Positions 1 through 11,489 of a DNA stretch of 64,000 bases are shown here, one piece after another. The position numbers were made by a program, and so were the translations under genes. How positions within the stretch are numbered: position 1 is the first letter of the stretch; each line of letters starts with the position of its first letter. The notes under the pieces are model-generated. The model did no database searches, was not told the DNA's origin, and worked only from the letters and a program-made list of their open reading frames with translations. Source of the DNA: Bryobacteraceae bacterium (GTDB lineage: Bacteria > Acidobacteriota > Terriglobia > Bryobacterales > Bryobacteraceae); the NCBI GenBank assembly GCA_035516375.1, contig DATJAK010000022.1, positions 42,116-106,115 of the forward strand, read 5' to 3'.

Positions 1-800
1 GCGTAGGCATCGATGTTCGGCTGGGTGGGCAAATGGAATCCCGGCGGCATGACTCCAATTACCTGAGCCGGCTGCTCGCCAAAGAACACCTTGCTGCCGA
101 TCGCGTCCGGCCGTCCACCAAACCGGCGCTGCCAGAAGCCGTAGCTAAGCACCACTACGGCGGCGCCGTTAGGCGTATCGTCTTCCGGGCGGATGGCGTG
201 TCCCAACAGCGGCTGGACTCCCAGTGTTTCAAAGAAGCCGGCGGTCACGAGCAAGCCCGGGACCTGGACTGCTTCGTCGCCTGCCTCCACGTTAAATGGC
301 AGAGCCTCGATCGCCGCCATGTTGTCGAAGGACCGGTTCCTCCGGCGCCACTCAAGAAAATTGCCGGTCTGCACTACGTTCGGCTTTCCGGTCTTAGGTT
401 GCGTCTCCCAGACCATCACCAGGCGTTCCGGCTGCGGAAATGGCAGGGAGCGCAGCAGAACCGAGTGGACTACGCTGTACACGCTGGTAGTGGCGCCGAT
501 GCCGAGCGCCAGAGCCGCAACCGAAAGCGCCGTGAACGCCGGCGACTTGCGCAGCATTCGCAGGGAGAAATGGAGGTCGGCGGCGAGCCGATCGAGCGCG
601 CTCCAGGTCCAAGCTTCCCGGGCAATCTCTTTGGTCCGAAGCACATTGCCGAACCCGCGCCTTGCGGATTGCCTGGCGCTATCGGGCGCTTCGCCGCGTC
701 CGATGCGGAGGCGGGCCTCTTCGGCAAGGTGAAATTGCAACTCTTCGTCCAGTTCCGCGTCCTCTTGAGAGCGGCGTGTCAGCCAATGCAAGAATCTCAT
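1..800 (-). CDS. ADOP-family (MacB/FtsX-like) ABC transporter permease, N-terminal part; open at the left window edge
   Basis: Not in the ORF track because it is open at the edge. My reverse-complement translation from the ATG at 798-800 gives MRFLHWLTRRSQEDAELDEELQFHLAEEARLRIGRGEAPDSARQSARRGFGNVLRTKEIAREAWTWS. This is the stereotyped N-terminus of permeases that follow PadR genes. It starts 10 nt after the PadR stop. Only the first ~65 codons were checked by hand. Confidence 0.8.
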   Translation of the reverse strand, partial: MRFLHWLTRRSQEDAELDEELQFHLAEEARLRIGRGEAPDSARQSARRGFGNVLRTKEIAREAWTWSALDRLAADLHFSLRMLRKSPAFTALSVAALALGIGATTSVYSVVHSVLLRSLPFPQPERLVMVWETQPKTGKPNVVQTGNFLEWRRRNRSFDNMAAIEALPFNVEAGDEAVQVPGLLVTAGFFETLGVQPLLGHAIRPEDDTPNGAAVVVLSYGFWQRRFGGRPDAIGSKVFFGEQPAQVIGVMPPGFHLPTQPNIDAY

Positions 801-810
801 TTCCGGCCTC

Positions 811-1140
811 CTATGCAGGACGCAGAACGCGCGCGATGGCTTCCACCATGCGGTTCCAGCGCGATTCTTCCGCCGTCAGCTGTTTCCTGCCCTTTGCCGT
901 GAGCCGGTAGTAGCGGGCGCGCTGTTTGTTTTCGGACAACTTCCACTCGCCCTCGATCAATCCCTCCTTGCGCAGACGATGCAGCGCGGGATAAAGCGAG
1001 CCATGCTCCACCTGGAGCACCTCCTGCGAAGTGGCGCGGATCGCGACGCCGATGCCGTGGCCATGCTGCGGGCCAGCCCGCAGCGTGCGCAGGATGAGCA
1101 TTTCCAGGGTGCCATGCAGAAGTTCGATGCGATCTTCCAT
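811..1140 (-). CDS. PadR family transcriptional regulator
   Basis: 109 aa. The motif LEMLILRTL...HGHGI...GSLYPALHRLRKEGLIEGEW...RARYYRLTAKG is the classic PadR winged helix. Confidence 0.9.
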   Translation of the reverse strand: MEDRIELLHGTLEMLILRTLRAGPQHGHGIGVAIRATSQEVLQVEHGSLYPALHRLRKEGLIEGEWKLSENKQRARYYRLTAKGRKQLTAEESRWNRMVEAIARVLRPA

Positions 1141-1214
1141 GGTAGAAGACAGCCTACCACATTAGGTGGTCGAGCGTCTACTACTTGGGGAAGCACACAG
1201 GCCGGGAGGCTGTG

Positions 1215-2705
1215 CTACTTTTCCAGCCAATCGAACGAACGGGTGACGGCTTTCTTCCACGAGGCGCACATTTGTTCGCGGTGTGCCCGGTCCATCTCCG
1301 GTTTCCAGGTGCGATTGACAGACCAATGCGAGCGCAGTTCGTCTAGGCCGGCGAAGAATCCGGTGGCGAGTCCGGCGGCATAAGCAGCGCCCAAAGCCGT
1401 GGTCTCTTTCACCGCCGGGCGAACCACTTCGCGGCCCAGGATATCCGCCTGGAACTGCATGAGCAGATCGTTTTCCACCATGCCGCCATCGGTGCGCAGG
1501 GTTGCGAGCGGGATGCCGGAATCCTGCTCCATGGCCTCGACCACTTCGCGGGTTTGGAACGCCGTGGCTTCGAGCACCGCGCGGGCGAGATGCCCCTTGT
1601 TGGTGTACCGCGTCAGCCCGGCGATCACGCCGCGCGCGTTGTGTTTCCAATACGGCGCGTACAGGCCCGAGAACGCCGGCACGAAGTAGATGCCACCGTT
1701 ATCTCCCACCGTGCGGGCCAGCGCTTCAATCTCGGCGCTGTGGCGGATCAACCCGAAATTGTCGCGGATCCACTGCACCAGCGCGCCAGTGATGGCGATA
1801 CTGCCTTCGAGCGCGTAGTTAGCCGGCTGATTGCCCAGCCGGAAAGCCACAGTGGTCAGCAGGCCACAGTGCGAAGGAACGATCTGGCGCCCCGTGTTCA
1901 TGAGCAGGAAACATCCGGTGCCGTATGTGTTTTTGGCTTCGCCGGGTTGAAAGCAGGTTTGTCCCACCAGCGCTGCCTGCTGGTCTCCCAGGATGCCTGC
2001 GATCGGCACGCCTTTCACCGCCTCGAGCGTGGCCTCGCCGTACCGTTCGCTGCTCGAACAGATCCGCGGCAGAATCTGCGGCGGGATCTGGAAGGCGCGG
2101 AGCAACTCCGGATCCCAATCCAAAGTGGCCAGGTTCATCAACTGCGTGCGGCTGGCGTTGGTGCAATCGGTGCGGTGCAAGCCGCCGGTCAGCCGCCATA
2201 GAAGAAACGTGTCGATGGTGCCAAAAAGAAGGTCGCCCGCCTCGGCCTGGGCGCGCGCGCCAGATACGTTGTCGAGCAGCCAGCGAATCTTGAGACTGCT
2301 GAAGTACGTGGAAAGGGGCAGGCCCGTCTGCGCGCGGAAGCGGTCGGGGCCGCCGGTGCGTGTGAACTCCGATACCATTTCGCCCACGCGCGTATCCTGC
2401 CAGACTAACGCGTGGTGAACGGGGTGCCCAGTAAGGCGATTCCACAGAACCGTGGTCTCCCGCTGGTTGGTGATTCCGATGCCCGCCAAGTCATGTGGCT
2501 TGAGGCCACTCTCGAACATTGCCGCGGAAATCACTTCCTGCGTACGCGCCCAGATTTCCTCGGCATCGTGCTCCACCCATCCCGGCTGCGGATAGATTTG
2601 CTGGTGCTCTTTTTGCGCCGAGGCGATGATCTTACCGGACCGATCGAAAACCAGGAAGCGAGTGCTGGTGGTGCCTTGATCCAAGGCGCCGATGTAATCG
2701 GGCAT
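1215..2705 (-). CDS. glpK: glycerol kinase
   Basis: 496 aa. The N-terminus [18 protein letters not shown], plus [10 protein letters not shown] and [10 protein letters not shown], are typical FGGY/GlpK signatures along the full length. Confidence 0.95.
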   Translation of the reverse strand: MPDYIGALDQGTTSTRFLVFDRSGKIIASAQKEHQQIYPQPGWVEHDAEEIWARTQEVISAAMFESGLKPHDLAGIGITNQRETTVLWNRLTGHPVHHALVWQDTRVGEMVSEFTRTGGPDRFRAQTGLPLSTYFSSLKIRWLLDNVSGARAQAEAGDLLFGTIDTFLLWRLTGGLHRTDCTNASRTQLMNLATLDWDPELLRAFQIPPQILPRICSSSERYGEATLEAVKGVPIAGILGDQQAALVGQTCFQPGEAKNTYGTGCFLLMNTGRQIVPSHCGLLTTVAFRLGNQPANYALEGSIAITGALVQWIRDNFGLIRHSAEIEALARTVGDNGGIYFVPAFSGLYAPYWKHNARGVIAGLTRYTNKGHLARAVLEATAFQTREVVEAMEQDSGIPLATLRTDGGMVENDLLMQFQADILGREVVRPAVKETTALGAAYAAGLATGFFAGLDELRSHWSVNRTWKPEMDRAHREQMCASWKKAVTRSFDWLEK

Positions 2706-2836
2706 AAGACTAAAATACCGGGTCGCCTTGGGTTGCGGCCCGGTATTCGGATCTCAGCAATGAGAGGTGGTGTCGAAACACCAATTACCCTGAATTCCGC
2801 GGGACAGCCCGGGAGTTCAACTTTTTTCAGCTCCGC

Positions 2837-4790
<1,954 letters not shown>

Positions 4791-4836
4791 CTAACCATAG
4801 GATGCAACACAATCGCTGCTTGTTTCGAGTTAACAC

Positions 4837-6648
4837 GTGGTCAATTGCTCGGGTACCCGTAAACCAAGGATAATAGGAGTAAATCGGATTCATCCCGTGT
4901 CACTGCCGAGGCACTCCGCAATCCAGCACTCGGCGATTCGGCGGCAACTCGAAAAGATCTTAGGCCATGGTCTATTCATACGCTCGGATCGCATGGGGAG
5001 ATTCCTGCGCTTCGCGGTCGAACAGACGCTCGAAGGCAAGGGCGATGAGCTGAAAGAGTATTTGATCGGCGTCGAGGTTTTCGATCGCAAAGGTTCCTAC
5101 GACCCGCGGGTGGACCCGATCGTCCGCGTGGAGGCGCGCCGCCTGCGCTCCAAGCTGAAGGCCTACTACGAAGGTGATGGCCGCGACGATCCCGTGATTT
5201 TCGAATTCAACACGGGCAGCTACGCGCCATCCATTCAAGAAAGGAATCCTGCGGGACCAGTTGCCGAACCGGGCGTCAGCACGGTAGCGGTTCTTCCCTT
5301 CAGCAATCTCAGCGGCAGCGCGGACCACGATTACTTCAGCGACGGGCTTACCGAAGAATTGATTCACGCGCTGACGAAATTGAGCGGAATGCGCGTGGTG
5401 GCTTGGGATTCCGCGGCGCGGATGCGCGGCGTCGAGCAGGACCTCATGGAGGTGCGGCGGCAATTGCATGTCGGCGCCGTGTTGACGGGAAGTGTGCGAA
5501 TCGCCGGGACCAGCCTCCGCGTGCGCGCCCAATTGATTGACACGCAAACCGGCTTCTATCTATGGTCGGAAACATTCGACCGCCAGATGCAGGATGTCTT
5601 CGCGATTCAAGAGCAGATCGCCCGCGCCATCGTGCGGACGCTGCGCGTACAGATGGCCTGCGGCGCCGGGCCCCTGGTTTCAAAAAGCGCCAGCGTCACC
5701 GCGTATGACTACTACCTGAAAGGCCGGTACCACTGGCATCGCCGCGCCGCCGAAGATCTGAAACGTAGCTTGCAGTACTTCGAGGCGGCGATTGAAGCCG
5801 ATCCTTCATCCGCGCTCGCGTACGCGGGGGTTGCCGACGCGATCACGCTGCTGGTCGAATATGGCCAAGTTCACCCAGCCGAGGGCATCCCGAGAGTAAA
5901 GGTCGCGGCCCTGCGCGCGATCGAGCTCGATCAGAACCTGGCAGAAGCTTATCCGGCTTTAGCGCTCATCCGCTCGCTGCACGACTGGGAGTGGGAAGAG
6001 GCTGAGAGTCTTTATCGCAAAGCGATCGCACTCAACCCCGGCTACGCGACCGCGCACCAGTGGCTAGGTATCGATTGTCTGGGACTCCTTGGCCGCCTGG
6101 AAGAAGCAGCCCTCGAAAATGAAATCGCCCTGCAAATGGATCCTCTCTCCAGCATCACTTACGAGGGGCGCGCGTATCTGAGTATGTTGCGCCGGGATTA
6201 TGCGGAAGCGATTCGGCAATGCCGCGAAATTCAGGAGTTCGACCCTTCGTTCTACAAAGCCTACACGTCGATGGGCCGCGCCCTGTCGCTTGCGGGAAAT
6301 TATCCGGAGGCGCTGGCGATGTTGGAGAAAGGCCGCTCGCTTGCCGGGGACGTGCCGAGCGTTCTCGCAGCCATGGGCCATGTCTTCGCTCTTTCCGGAG
6401 ACCGCGCCAGCGCCGAAGGAGTGCTCGCAAAACTCACGGCGCGCGCCGCCGAAGTTCACACCCCTTCCACCTCGTTCGCGATTGTTCACATGGGTTTGGG
6501 CGAGAACGATCGCGCGCTCGATTGGCTCGAGAGGGCTTGCGAGCAACACGAATTGCCCATCTGCACGATCAAGACTCACCCGGTCTATGATCCGCTGCGG
6601 ACCAGTCCCCGGTTCCAAGCCATCTTGCGGCGGCTGCGTATGGCGTGA
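4837..6648 (+). CDS. TPR-repeat regulatory/signalling protein with a conserved N-terminal FLRF...LKEYLIGVEVF domain and a TolB-like middle region
   Basis: 603 aa. The N-terminal block RMGRFLRFAVEQTLEGKGDELKEYLIGVEVFDRKGSYDPRVDPIVRVEARRLRSKL is followed by VAVLPFSNLSG...YFSDGLTEELI and then C-terminal TPRs. The true start may lie downstream of 4837. Confidence 0.7.
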   Translation: MVNCSGTRKPRIIGVNRIHPVSLPRHSAIQHSAIRRQLEKILGHGLFIRSDRMGRFLRFAVEQTLEGKGDELKEYLIGVEVFDRKGSYDPRVDPIVRVEARRLRSKLKAYYEGDGRDDPVIFEFNTGSYAPSIQERNPAGPVAEPGVSTVAVLPFSNLSGSADHDYFSDGLTEELIHALTKLSGMRVVAWDSAARMRGVEQDLMEVRRQLHVGAVLTGSVRIAGTSLRVRAQLIDTQTGFYLWSETFDRQMQDVFAIQEQIARAIVRTLRVQMACGAGPLVSKSASVTAYDYYLKGRYHWHRRAAEDLKRSLQYFEAAIEADPSSALAYAGVADAITLLVEYGQVHPAEGIPRVKVAALRAIELDQNLAEAYPALALIRSLHDWEWEEAESLYRKAIALNPGYATAHQWLGIDCLGLLGRLEEAALENEIALQMDPLSSITYEGRAYLSMLRRDYAEAIRQCREIQEFDPSFYKAYTSMGRALSLAGNYPEALAMLEKGRSLAGDVPSVLAAMGHVFALSGDRASAEGVLAKLTARAAEVHTPSTSFAIVHMGLGENDRALDWLERACEQHELPICTIKTHPVYDPLRTSPRFQAILRRLRMA

Positions 6649-7923
6649 TCAGGGCGTGGCACTGCGGAAGCCCTGCCCCGTGCCTGGAATTTGCGCCCGT
6701 ATGGCGGCGGCCTGTTTCGTTCGCTTGGTGTCTTCGAGGAGACGGGCGTAGTTCGTTTTGGCGCGGATCACTCGGGGATCTTCGCGTCCGAGCGAGGTCT
6801 CGAGGGAGGCCAGCGCGGCGCGCTCGAGTTTCTCCGATTCCGTAAAGCGGCCCTCCGCGCGCAACACTTCGGCCAATTCGTCGCGCGCCACCAGAGTCAG
6901 AGGGCCGGTGGAGCCATACACCGATTCGAATGTGGCGGCGACACGACGATACAAATCCTCCGCACCGATTTCGCGGCCCCGCTGGTGGTAGAACGCTGCC
7001 AGATTCATCACGGCCTTGGCGGTATCGGGGTGCTGGCGGCCGAGCGACTCCTCCAGGATGGCGATCGCCTGCCGGTAATACTTCTCCGCCTCCAGAAACC
7101 GGCCTTGGAAACGGCAGCTCTGCGCCAGATTGTTCAACGCCGCGGCGCGCACCGGGTGCCCCTCAGGGAGCAAGCGCCCAGCGATTTCGAGCGCCTTCCG
7201 CGACAGCGATTCGGCGTCGGCAGGATGCTCCTGGCGCAGAGCAGCGGTTGCCAGGTCATTGTAAATAGCGGCCGTTGAACGCTCTTCGGCCCCTTCGAGC
7301 AGCAGCCGCAGCAGCGACTCGGCCCGATCGTAGCGCCCCTCGGCCAGATAAATGGAGGCGAGAGTGTGCCGCGCATTCACACGGTCGGTTGCGGTGCCCG
7401 CCAGATTTTGCTCAAAGATGGCGTTCGCACGCACTGCCAAGGGCTCGGCGTCGGCCAGTTTTCCCCAGGCCTGGTACAGGGCCGCTAAACTGGCGGCGGC
7501 ACGGCCGGCATCCACGCTGGTGGAACCAGTGGTAGCTTCCATTTGTTCGAGGCAGTCACGCAACATGGCTTCGGCCTCCGGAAACCGGCCTTGGGTGCGC
7601 AGCAGGGTTCCCAGATTGAGCGCGGTAACGGTGCGATCGTGGGCGGTCTGCGGCGCTAGCTGGTCCCAGGCAGAAAGCGATCGACGATACAACCATTCGG
7701 CGTCCCGATAGCGGGATAAGTAATGGAACTGTAACCCCAGTTCGTTCAGTTCGCCCGCGCTGAAGCCTTGGGCGTCCGTAATCACTCGTTGGTAAGCCGC
7801 CTCGGCGGCGGCCGTTTGCCCTACCGCCGACAAACGCTTGGCCTCCTCCAGGCCCGTATCCCACGAGGCAGCCCCCACCAAAGCAGCAAAACCCAGAAGT
7901 ATCATGATTGGTTTCATCCGCAC
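6649..7923 (-). CDS. secreted tetratricopeptide-repeat protein (TPR_10/12-like)
   Basis: 424 aa with signal peptide MRMKPIMILLGFAALVGAAS. Repeated A..Y/L..A...G.Y.EAE TPR units occur throughout. Confidence 0.8.
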   Translation of the reverse strand: MRMKPIMILLGFAALVGAASWDTGLEEAKRLSAVGQTAAAEAAYQRVITDAQGFSAGELNELGLQFHYLSRYRDAEWLYRRSLSAWDQLAPQTAHDRTVTALNLGTLLRTQGRFPEAEAMLRDCLEQMEATTGSTSVDAGRAAASLAALYQAWGKLADAEPLAVRANAIFEQNLAGTATDRVNARHTLASIYLAEGRYDRAESLLRLLLEGAEERSTAAIYNDLATAALRQEHPADAESLSRKALEIAGRLLPEGHPVRAAALNNLAQSCRFQGRFLEAEKYYRQAIAILEESLGRQHPDTAKAVMNLAAFYHQRGREIGAEDLYRRVAATFESVYGSTGPLTLVARDELAEVLRAEGRFTESEKLERAALASLETSLGREDPRVIRAKTNYARLLEDTKRTKQAAAIRAQIPGTGQGFRSATP

Positions 7924-8120
7924 CCTCCGATGTATCTACAATGCGGCAGGCGCAGGGGAGGAAAGGAGTATAGAGGGGTTAGCTTACGGTAAAGGGCTTG
8001 AGGCGGCGGTAGAACCGCTTGCTACGCGCGCGGCTCGGAAACGCGGCATCGAGTTCACAGCCAGTTACTGAGCCGCGACCGGAGGGAGCGGAGGCTTGGC
8101 GGGTTTTTTTTGGCAGCCTG

Positions 8121-9134
8121 CTAGTGCTTCTCGCGCCACGCCGCTGTAAAGATATTGAACTCGTAGGGAGTCTTGGCGTCCTTGTCGGACGCGAACACGA
8201 TCCTCTTGCTGTCGGGGGCGAATTCGGGGAAAGCCGTGAAGCCGCCGAAGTTGGTCACTTGTTCCAAACCGGTGCCGTCCACGTTGATCAGGTACAGCTC
8301 GAAGTGGCGGCTGTCGCACTCGTGTTTGTTGGACGCGAACAGGATGCGCTTGTCGTCGGGAGTGAACGTCGGCGCGAAGCTGGCGCAGCCGAAGTTGGTG
8401 ATTTCATGGGCATGGCTGCCGTCGGCATCGGCAACCATCAGTTCCATCTTCATGGGTGCGGTCAGGTTGTCGGCGAGGAGAGATTTGTAACGCTCCATAT
8501 CCTGGGGCGTCTTGGGGTGGTGCGCGCGCCACACCAGCTTCTTCCCGTCGTGAGAAAAAACGGGGCCGCCATCGTAGCCGGCCGTACGGGTGAGCTGCTT
8601 CTTCTGCGAACCATCCGGGCGCATGGTCCAGAGTTCCAGGTCGCCGGAAGAGAGCGAAGTGTAAACAATCTGGCCGGACTTGAAGTTGATGGTCCCTTCA
8701 GCGTCATAACCCGGGGTATCGGTGAGGCGCTTCTCGATCTTGCCGTCGTCGGTGGCGAGGAAAATATCGTAGCCGGGAAAAATCCCCCACACATACCCTT
8801 TGCTGCGGTCGGGCGGCGCCGGGCAGGCGTCGGCGGCAAGGTGGGTAGAAGCGTAGATGATGTGTTTGTTGTCGGGTAGGAAATACCCGCAGGTAGTACG
8901 GCCTTTACCGGTGGATACCAGATGCTGATTGGACCCATCGGCGTTCATGATGAAAATCTGGTCGCAGCTGTATGGGGGGCGCGTGGTTTGGAAAATGATG
9001 CGCTTGCCATCCGGCGCCCAATACGCCTCGGCATTTTCTCCGCCGTTGGTTAACTGCCGGAGTTCGCCCAGGTATGACGACTGCGCGGCGGCGGCGGCCG
9101 CAACCGCAAACGTGATAAAGATCGTCCGGATCAT
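8121..9134 (-). CDS. PD40/TolB-like beta-propeller protein, secreted
   Basis: 337 aa with a signal peptide. Repeated blades of the form W.PDGK.I.F.S / FSHDGKKLV / FTPDDKRILFAS / FAPDSKRIVFAS. Confidence 0.85.
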   Translation of the reverse strand: MIRTIFITFAVAAAAAAQSSYLGELRQLTNGGENAEAYWAPDGKRIIFQTTRPPYSCDQIFIMNADGSNQHLVSTGKGRTTCGYFLPDNKHIIYASTHLAADACPAPPDRSKGYVWGIFPGYDIFLATDDGKIEKRLTDTPGYDAEGTINFKSGQIVYTSLSSGDLELWTMRPDGSQKKQLTRTAGYDGGPVFSHDGKKLVWRAHHPKTPQDMERYKSLLADNLTAPMKMELMVADADGSHAHEITNFGCASFAPTFTPDDKRILFASNKHECDSRHFELYLINVDGTGLEQVTNFGGFTAFPEFAPDSKRIVFASDKDAKTPYEFNIFTAAWREKH

Positions 9135-10474
9135 CGCAGGTTGAACTTTTTCATTTTGTACCGCAGCGTGTCGCGCGTGATGCGCAGCAGGCGCGCGGCC
9201 TGGGTCTGGTTGCCGTTGGTTCTTTCCAGCGCGCGGGCCAACAGACTGCGTTCGTTGTCTTCGAGGGAGAGCCCATCGACTGGCGGTGACGCGACTGCCG
9301 CGGCGGGAACCGAGCCGTTATCGCTTGGATGGGAAATCGTGATCGGCAGGCTGGCAGGAGTAATCAGAGCGGTGTCCTCCAGAATCATGGCCCGCTCAAT
9401 GGCGTTGCGCAACTCGCGGACATTGCCTGGCCAATCGTGCGATAGCATCAGGCGGGCAGCGCCATCCGAGACGCCCTCGATATTGCGCTTGAACTTGCGG
9501 TTGTAGTGTTCCACAAAAAAACGCGCCAGGGGCAAAATGTCGTCGGGGCGTTCGCGCAGGGGCGGGATGGTGATTTGAATGACGTTGAGCCGGAAGTACA
9601 GGTCCTGGCGGAAGGCGCCTTCCTTCACCGCCTCGCGCAAGTTCTTATTGGTGGCGGCCACGACCCGCAGATTGAGGTTGATATCTTTCAAACCGCCCAG
9701 GCGCCGGAAGCTCTGTTCCTCGAGCACGCGCAGCAACTTGGCCTGTAGCATGAGGGGAATTTCACCGATCTCATCGAGAAACAGCGTGCCCTTATCGGCC
9801 AGCTCGAAAATCCCACGCTTTTGGGCGCGCGCATCGGTAAATGCGCCCTTCTCATAGCCAAACAATTCGCTTTCGAGCAGCGTCTCGGGAATGGCCGCGC
9901 AGTTGATGGCGATGAACGGCTCGGCTTGCCGCGTGCTCTGGTAGTGCAGAGTTTTGGCGATCAGATCTTTGCCCGTGCCATTCTCGCCATCCAGAAGGAT
10001 GGTGGTGGCTTCGCTGGCCGCCACGCGCCGCACGAAATTCAGCACATCGAGCATGGCGGGCGATTCGGCAATGACTTCACGCTTCTGGGGCGCTGCCGCT
10101 TCGGTGATGTCTTTGATCGTGGCCACCACGCCGGCCAGCGTCCCATCATCATCGAACATCTGCGTGGTTCGCATCACGACCAGGCGCTCCATGCCGTTGC
10201 CGGTATTGAGCCTCACGGTAGCGTTAGGCGCCCCGTGGTTTTGATTCAAACCTTCGAGCATGCCGCACCCGGCTTCGCAGACGGTACAGTTGAAGATTTC
10301 CTGGCAGTGTTTGCCGAGCATCTCCTCAGAGGACATGCCGAAGAGTCTTTCCGCGGCGTCATTCACGCCGGTGATGCGGAACTCGGGATCGTAGAGAACG
10401 AGCGCGTCGGAGAGCTGGTTGAAGACAGTTTCTAAGACGCTGCTTTTCTGCCAGCCTGGAGTGAGCTTCGACAT
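9131..10474 (-). CDS. sigma-54-dependent transcriptional activator (PAS-AAA+-Fis HTH), no receiver domain
   Basis: 447 aa. An N-terminal PAS domain is followed by a Walker A (GENGTGKD), the GAFTDA sigma54-contact loop (ESELFGYEKGAFTDA) and a C-terminal Fis-type HTH (AARLLRITRDTLRYKMKKF). Confidence 0.92.
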   Translation of the reverse strand: MSKLTPGWQKSSVLETVFNQLSDALVLYDPEFRITGVNDAAERLFGMSSEEMLGKHCQEIFNCTVCEAGCGMLEGLNQNHGAPNATVRLNTGNGMERLVVMRTTQMFDDDGTLAGVVATIKDITEAAAPQKREVIAESPAMLDVLNFVRRVAASEATTILLDGENGTGKDLIAKTLHYQSTRQAEPFIAINCAAIPETLLESELFGYEKGAFTDARAQKRGIFELADKGTLFLDEIGEIPLMLQAKLLRVLEEQSFRRLGGLKDINLNLRVVAATNKNLREAVKEGAFRQDLYFRLNVIQITIPPLRERPDDILPLARFFVEHYNRKFKRNIEGVSDGAARLMLSHDWPGNVRELRNAIERAMILEDTALITPASLPITISHPSDNGSVPAAAVASPPVDGLSLEDNERSLLARALERTNGNQTQAARLLRITRDTLRYKMKKFNLR

Positions 10475-10499
10475 TACTGATTACGTTGCTCAATTATAA

Positions 10500-10555
10500 C
10501 AAGCGCGCTTGGGTCAATTGGCCCAATGGGACCTGATTGCCGGGTCAAGCGCGCC
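10500..10555. promoter_or_regulatory. cluster of palindromes, candidate activator-binding sites (UAS)
   Basis: There is a perfect 12-nt palindrome CAAGCGCGCTTG at 10500-10511. It overlaps an 18-nt near-palindrome TTGGGTCAATTGGCCCAA at 10509-10526 (16/18 symmetric). GCGCGCTTG (10503-10511) is repeated in inverted orientation as CAAGCGCGC (10546-10554). The cluster lies ~60-110 nt upstream of the -24/-12 element. Its function is inferred. Confidence 0.4.
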
Positions 10556-10610
10556 AGCAGCGGGTCCCGGCGTGACACGGAAAACACTGAAAACCAGACG
10601 CTACAGCAGG

Positions 10611-10626
10611 TGGCGATGCAATTGCT
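10611..10626 (+). promoter_or_regulatory. candidate sigma-54 (-24/-12) promoter
   Basis: TGGCGA-TGCAA-TTGCT matches the TGGCAC-N5-TTGCW consensus with correct GG/GC spacing. It sits 74 nt upstream of the ATG at 10700 and is divergent from a sigma54 activator gene. Confidence 0.55.
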
Positions 10627-10699
10627 GCTTTGCGGGCGGAGTCCGCATGACGGCCACAGAGAGTCGCTGGTTGCCAATCCAAACAGTTCGGAGTCAACG

Positions 10700-11137
10700 A
10701 TGATGCGAACGGTTCAGCTTTCGATTGCTGACACCGGTTACGCGGAGCACCTGAAGAACGCTTTGCAGCGGAGTGGGCCGTGGCGAGTGGAGCGTGTGGA
10801 CTATCCCCACGTGGTGGAGGGAAGCGTTATGGTACTCGACGAGCTCGCCTTCGCGCGGCTACCCCACCTTTTGGAAAATCCCGAGCGCGTTGTATTGATC
10901 ACTCATCAAGACCCGGAACTGCTGGCCCAAGCCTGGGAGGCGGGTATTGTCTCGGTTGTCTCCAACGATGATTCCGTTGCGACCGTTCTGCTGGCAATCA
11001 TGGCCGCTTCCTTGCGGGTTGCCAAACCTCACTCTCTGGCTGAGCCAAGTGTAATTTCCCCCAGCGCCGCTGTTTCCCCTGCGCAATTGTCCCCAGATAA
11101 TCAGATCTCCAGATCCAAACGTTGCAAAATACGATAG
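10700..11137 (+). CDS. receiver (CheY)-like domain protein, partly degenerate
   Basis: The start was moved to the ATG at 10700, which has GGAG 7-10 nt upstream. The alternating beta/alpha pattern VQLSIAD...VMVLDEL...VVLITH...GIVSVVSND resembles a REC fold. An Asp is retained at the phospho-acceptor-like position, but I see no conserved Lys. Confidence 0.5.
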   Translation: MMRTVQLSIADTGYAEHLKNALQRSGPWRVERVDYPHVVEGSVMVLDELAFARLPHLLENPERVVLITHQDPELLAQAWEAGIVSVVSNDDSVATVLLAIMAASLRVAKPHSLAEPSVISPSAAVSPAQLSPDNQISRSKRCKIR

Positions 11138-11200
11138 TTTGCCTCCGCAAGGTGGGTGGACTCCCGCGTGCAACAATTGGCACTCGAAACCGAGGTGCAC

Positions 11201-11485
11201 ATGACTTACACACCGTTTACCGTTCTGTGGGTTTTTCTCGCGTTAGTCGTGTTGGGGCTGATCGCGTACCGTAAGCTCGTAAGCAACAAAGAGGATGAAA
11301 CCATCCACCTGGGCAGCGGCAGCGAGGCCGTGCCGGCACAACAGGCGGCGATTGCCCATAAGCTCGACGTGATCGACAAATGGGGCAAGCTGCTCACGGT
11401 GGTTGCGGTAGTTTACGGAATACTGCTGTTGGCGGTCTACACGTGGCAAACCTGGCTTAGCGCGGGTACACGCATGGGGCTCTGA
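11201..11485 (+). CDS. small two-TM membrane protein
   Basis: MTYTPFTVLWVFLALVVLGLIAY...LLTVVAVVYGILLLAVYTW gives two clear hydrophobic helices. It lies immediately upstream of the cytochrome genes. The start (11156 or 11201) is uncertain. Confidence 0.55.
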   Translation: MTYTPFTVLWVFLALVVLGLIAYRKLVSNKEDETIHLGSGSEAVPAQQAAIAHKLDVIDKWGKLLTVVAVVYGILLLAVYTWQTWLSAGTRMGL

Positions 11486-11489
11486 AGCC

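Noticed and set aside
33-902. A 289-aa plus-strand ORF, with nested ORFs at 193-732 and 662-910.
   Set aside because: These are Arg/Ala/Pro-rich nonsense-like translations. They lie antisense to the convincing ADOP permease N-terminus (minus strand, ATG at 800) and to PadR. They are typical high-GC shadow ORFs.
1154-1172. An imperfect inverted repeat CTACCAC-ATTAG-GTGGTCG 14 nt upstream of the PadR start. It was considered as a PadR operator.
   Set aside because: It has only 6/7 symmetric positions and does not resemble the ATGT/ACAT-type PadR boxes I know. It is plausible but not supportable from sequence alone.
8085-8120. GGCGGG followed by a T8 run on the plus strand, between the TPR and PD40 genes. 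It was considered as a terminator or sRNA 3' end.
   Set aside because: There is no complementary CCCGCC arm upstream to form a hairpin. There is no plus-strand gene to terminate. On the minus strand the run reads as A8, so it cannot terminate the PD40 gene in the classical way.
11178-11192. TGGCAC upstream of the small membrane protein gene, considered as a second sigma54 promoter.
   Set aside because: After the 5-nt spacer the sequence is ACCG, not TTGC. The -12 GC element is missing.
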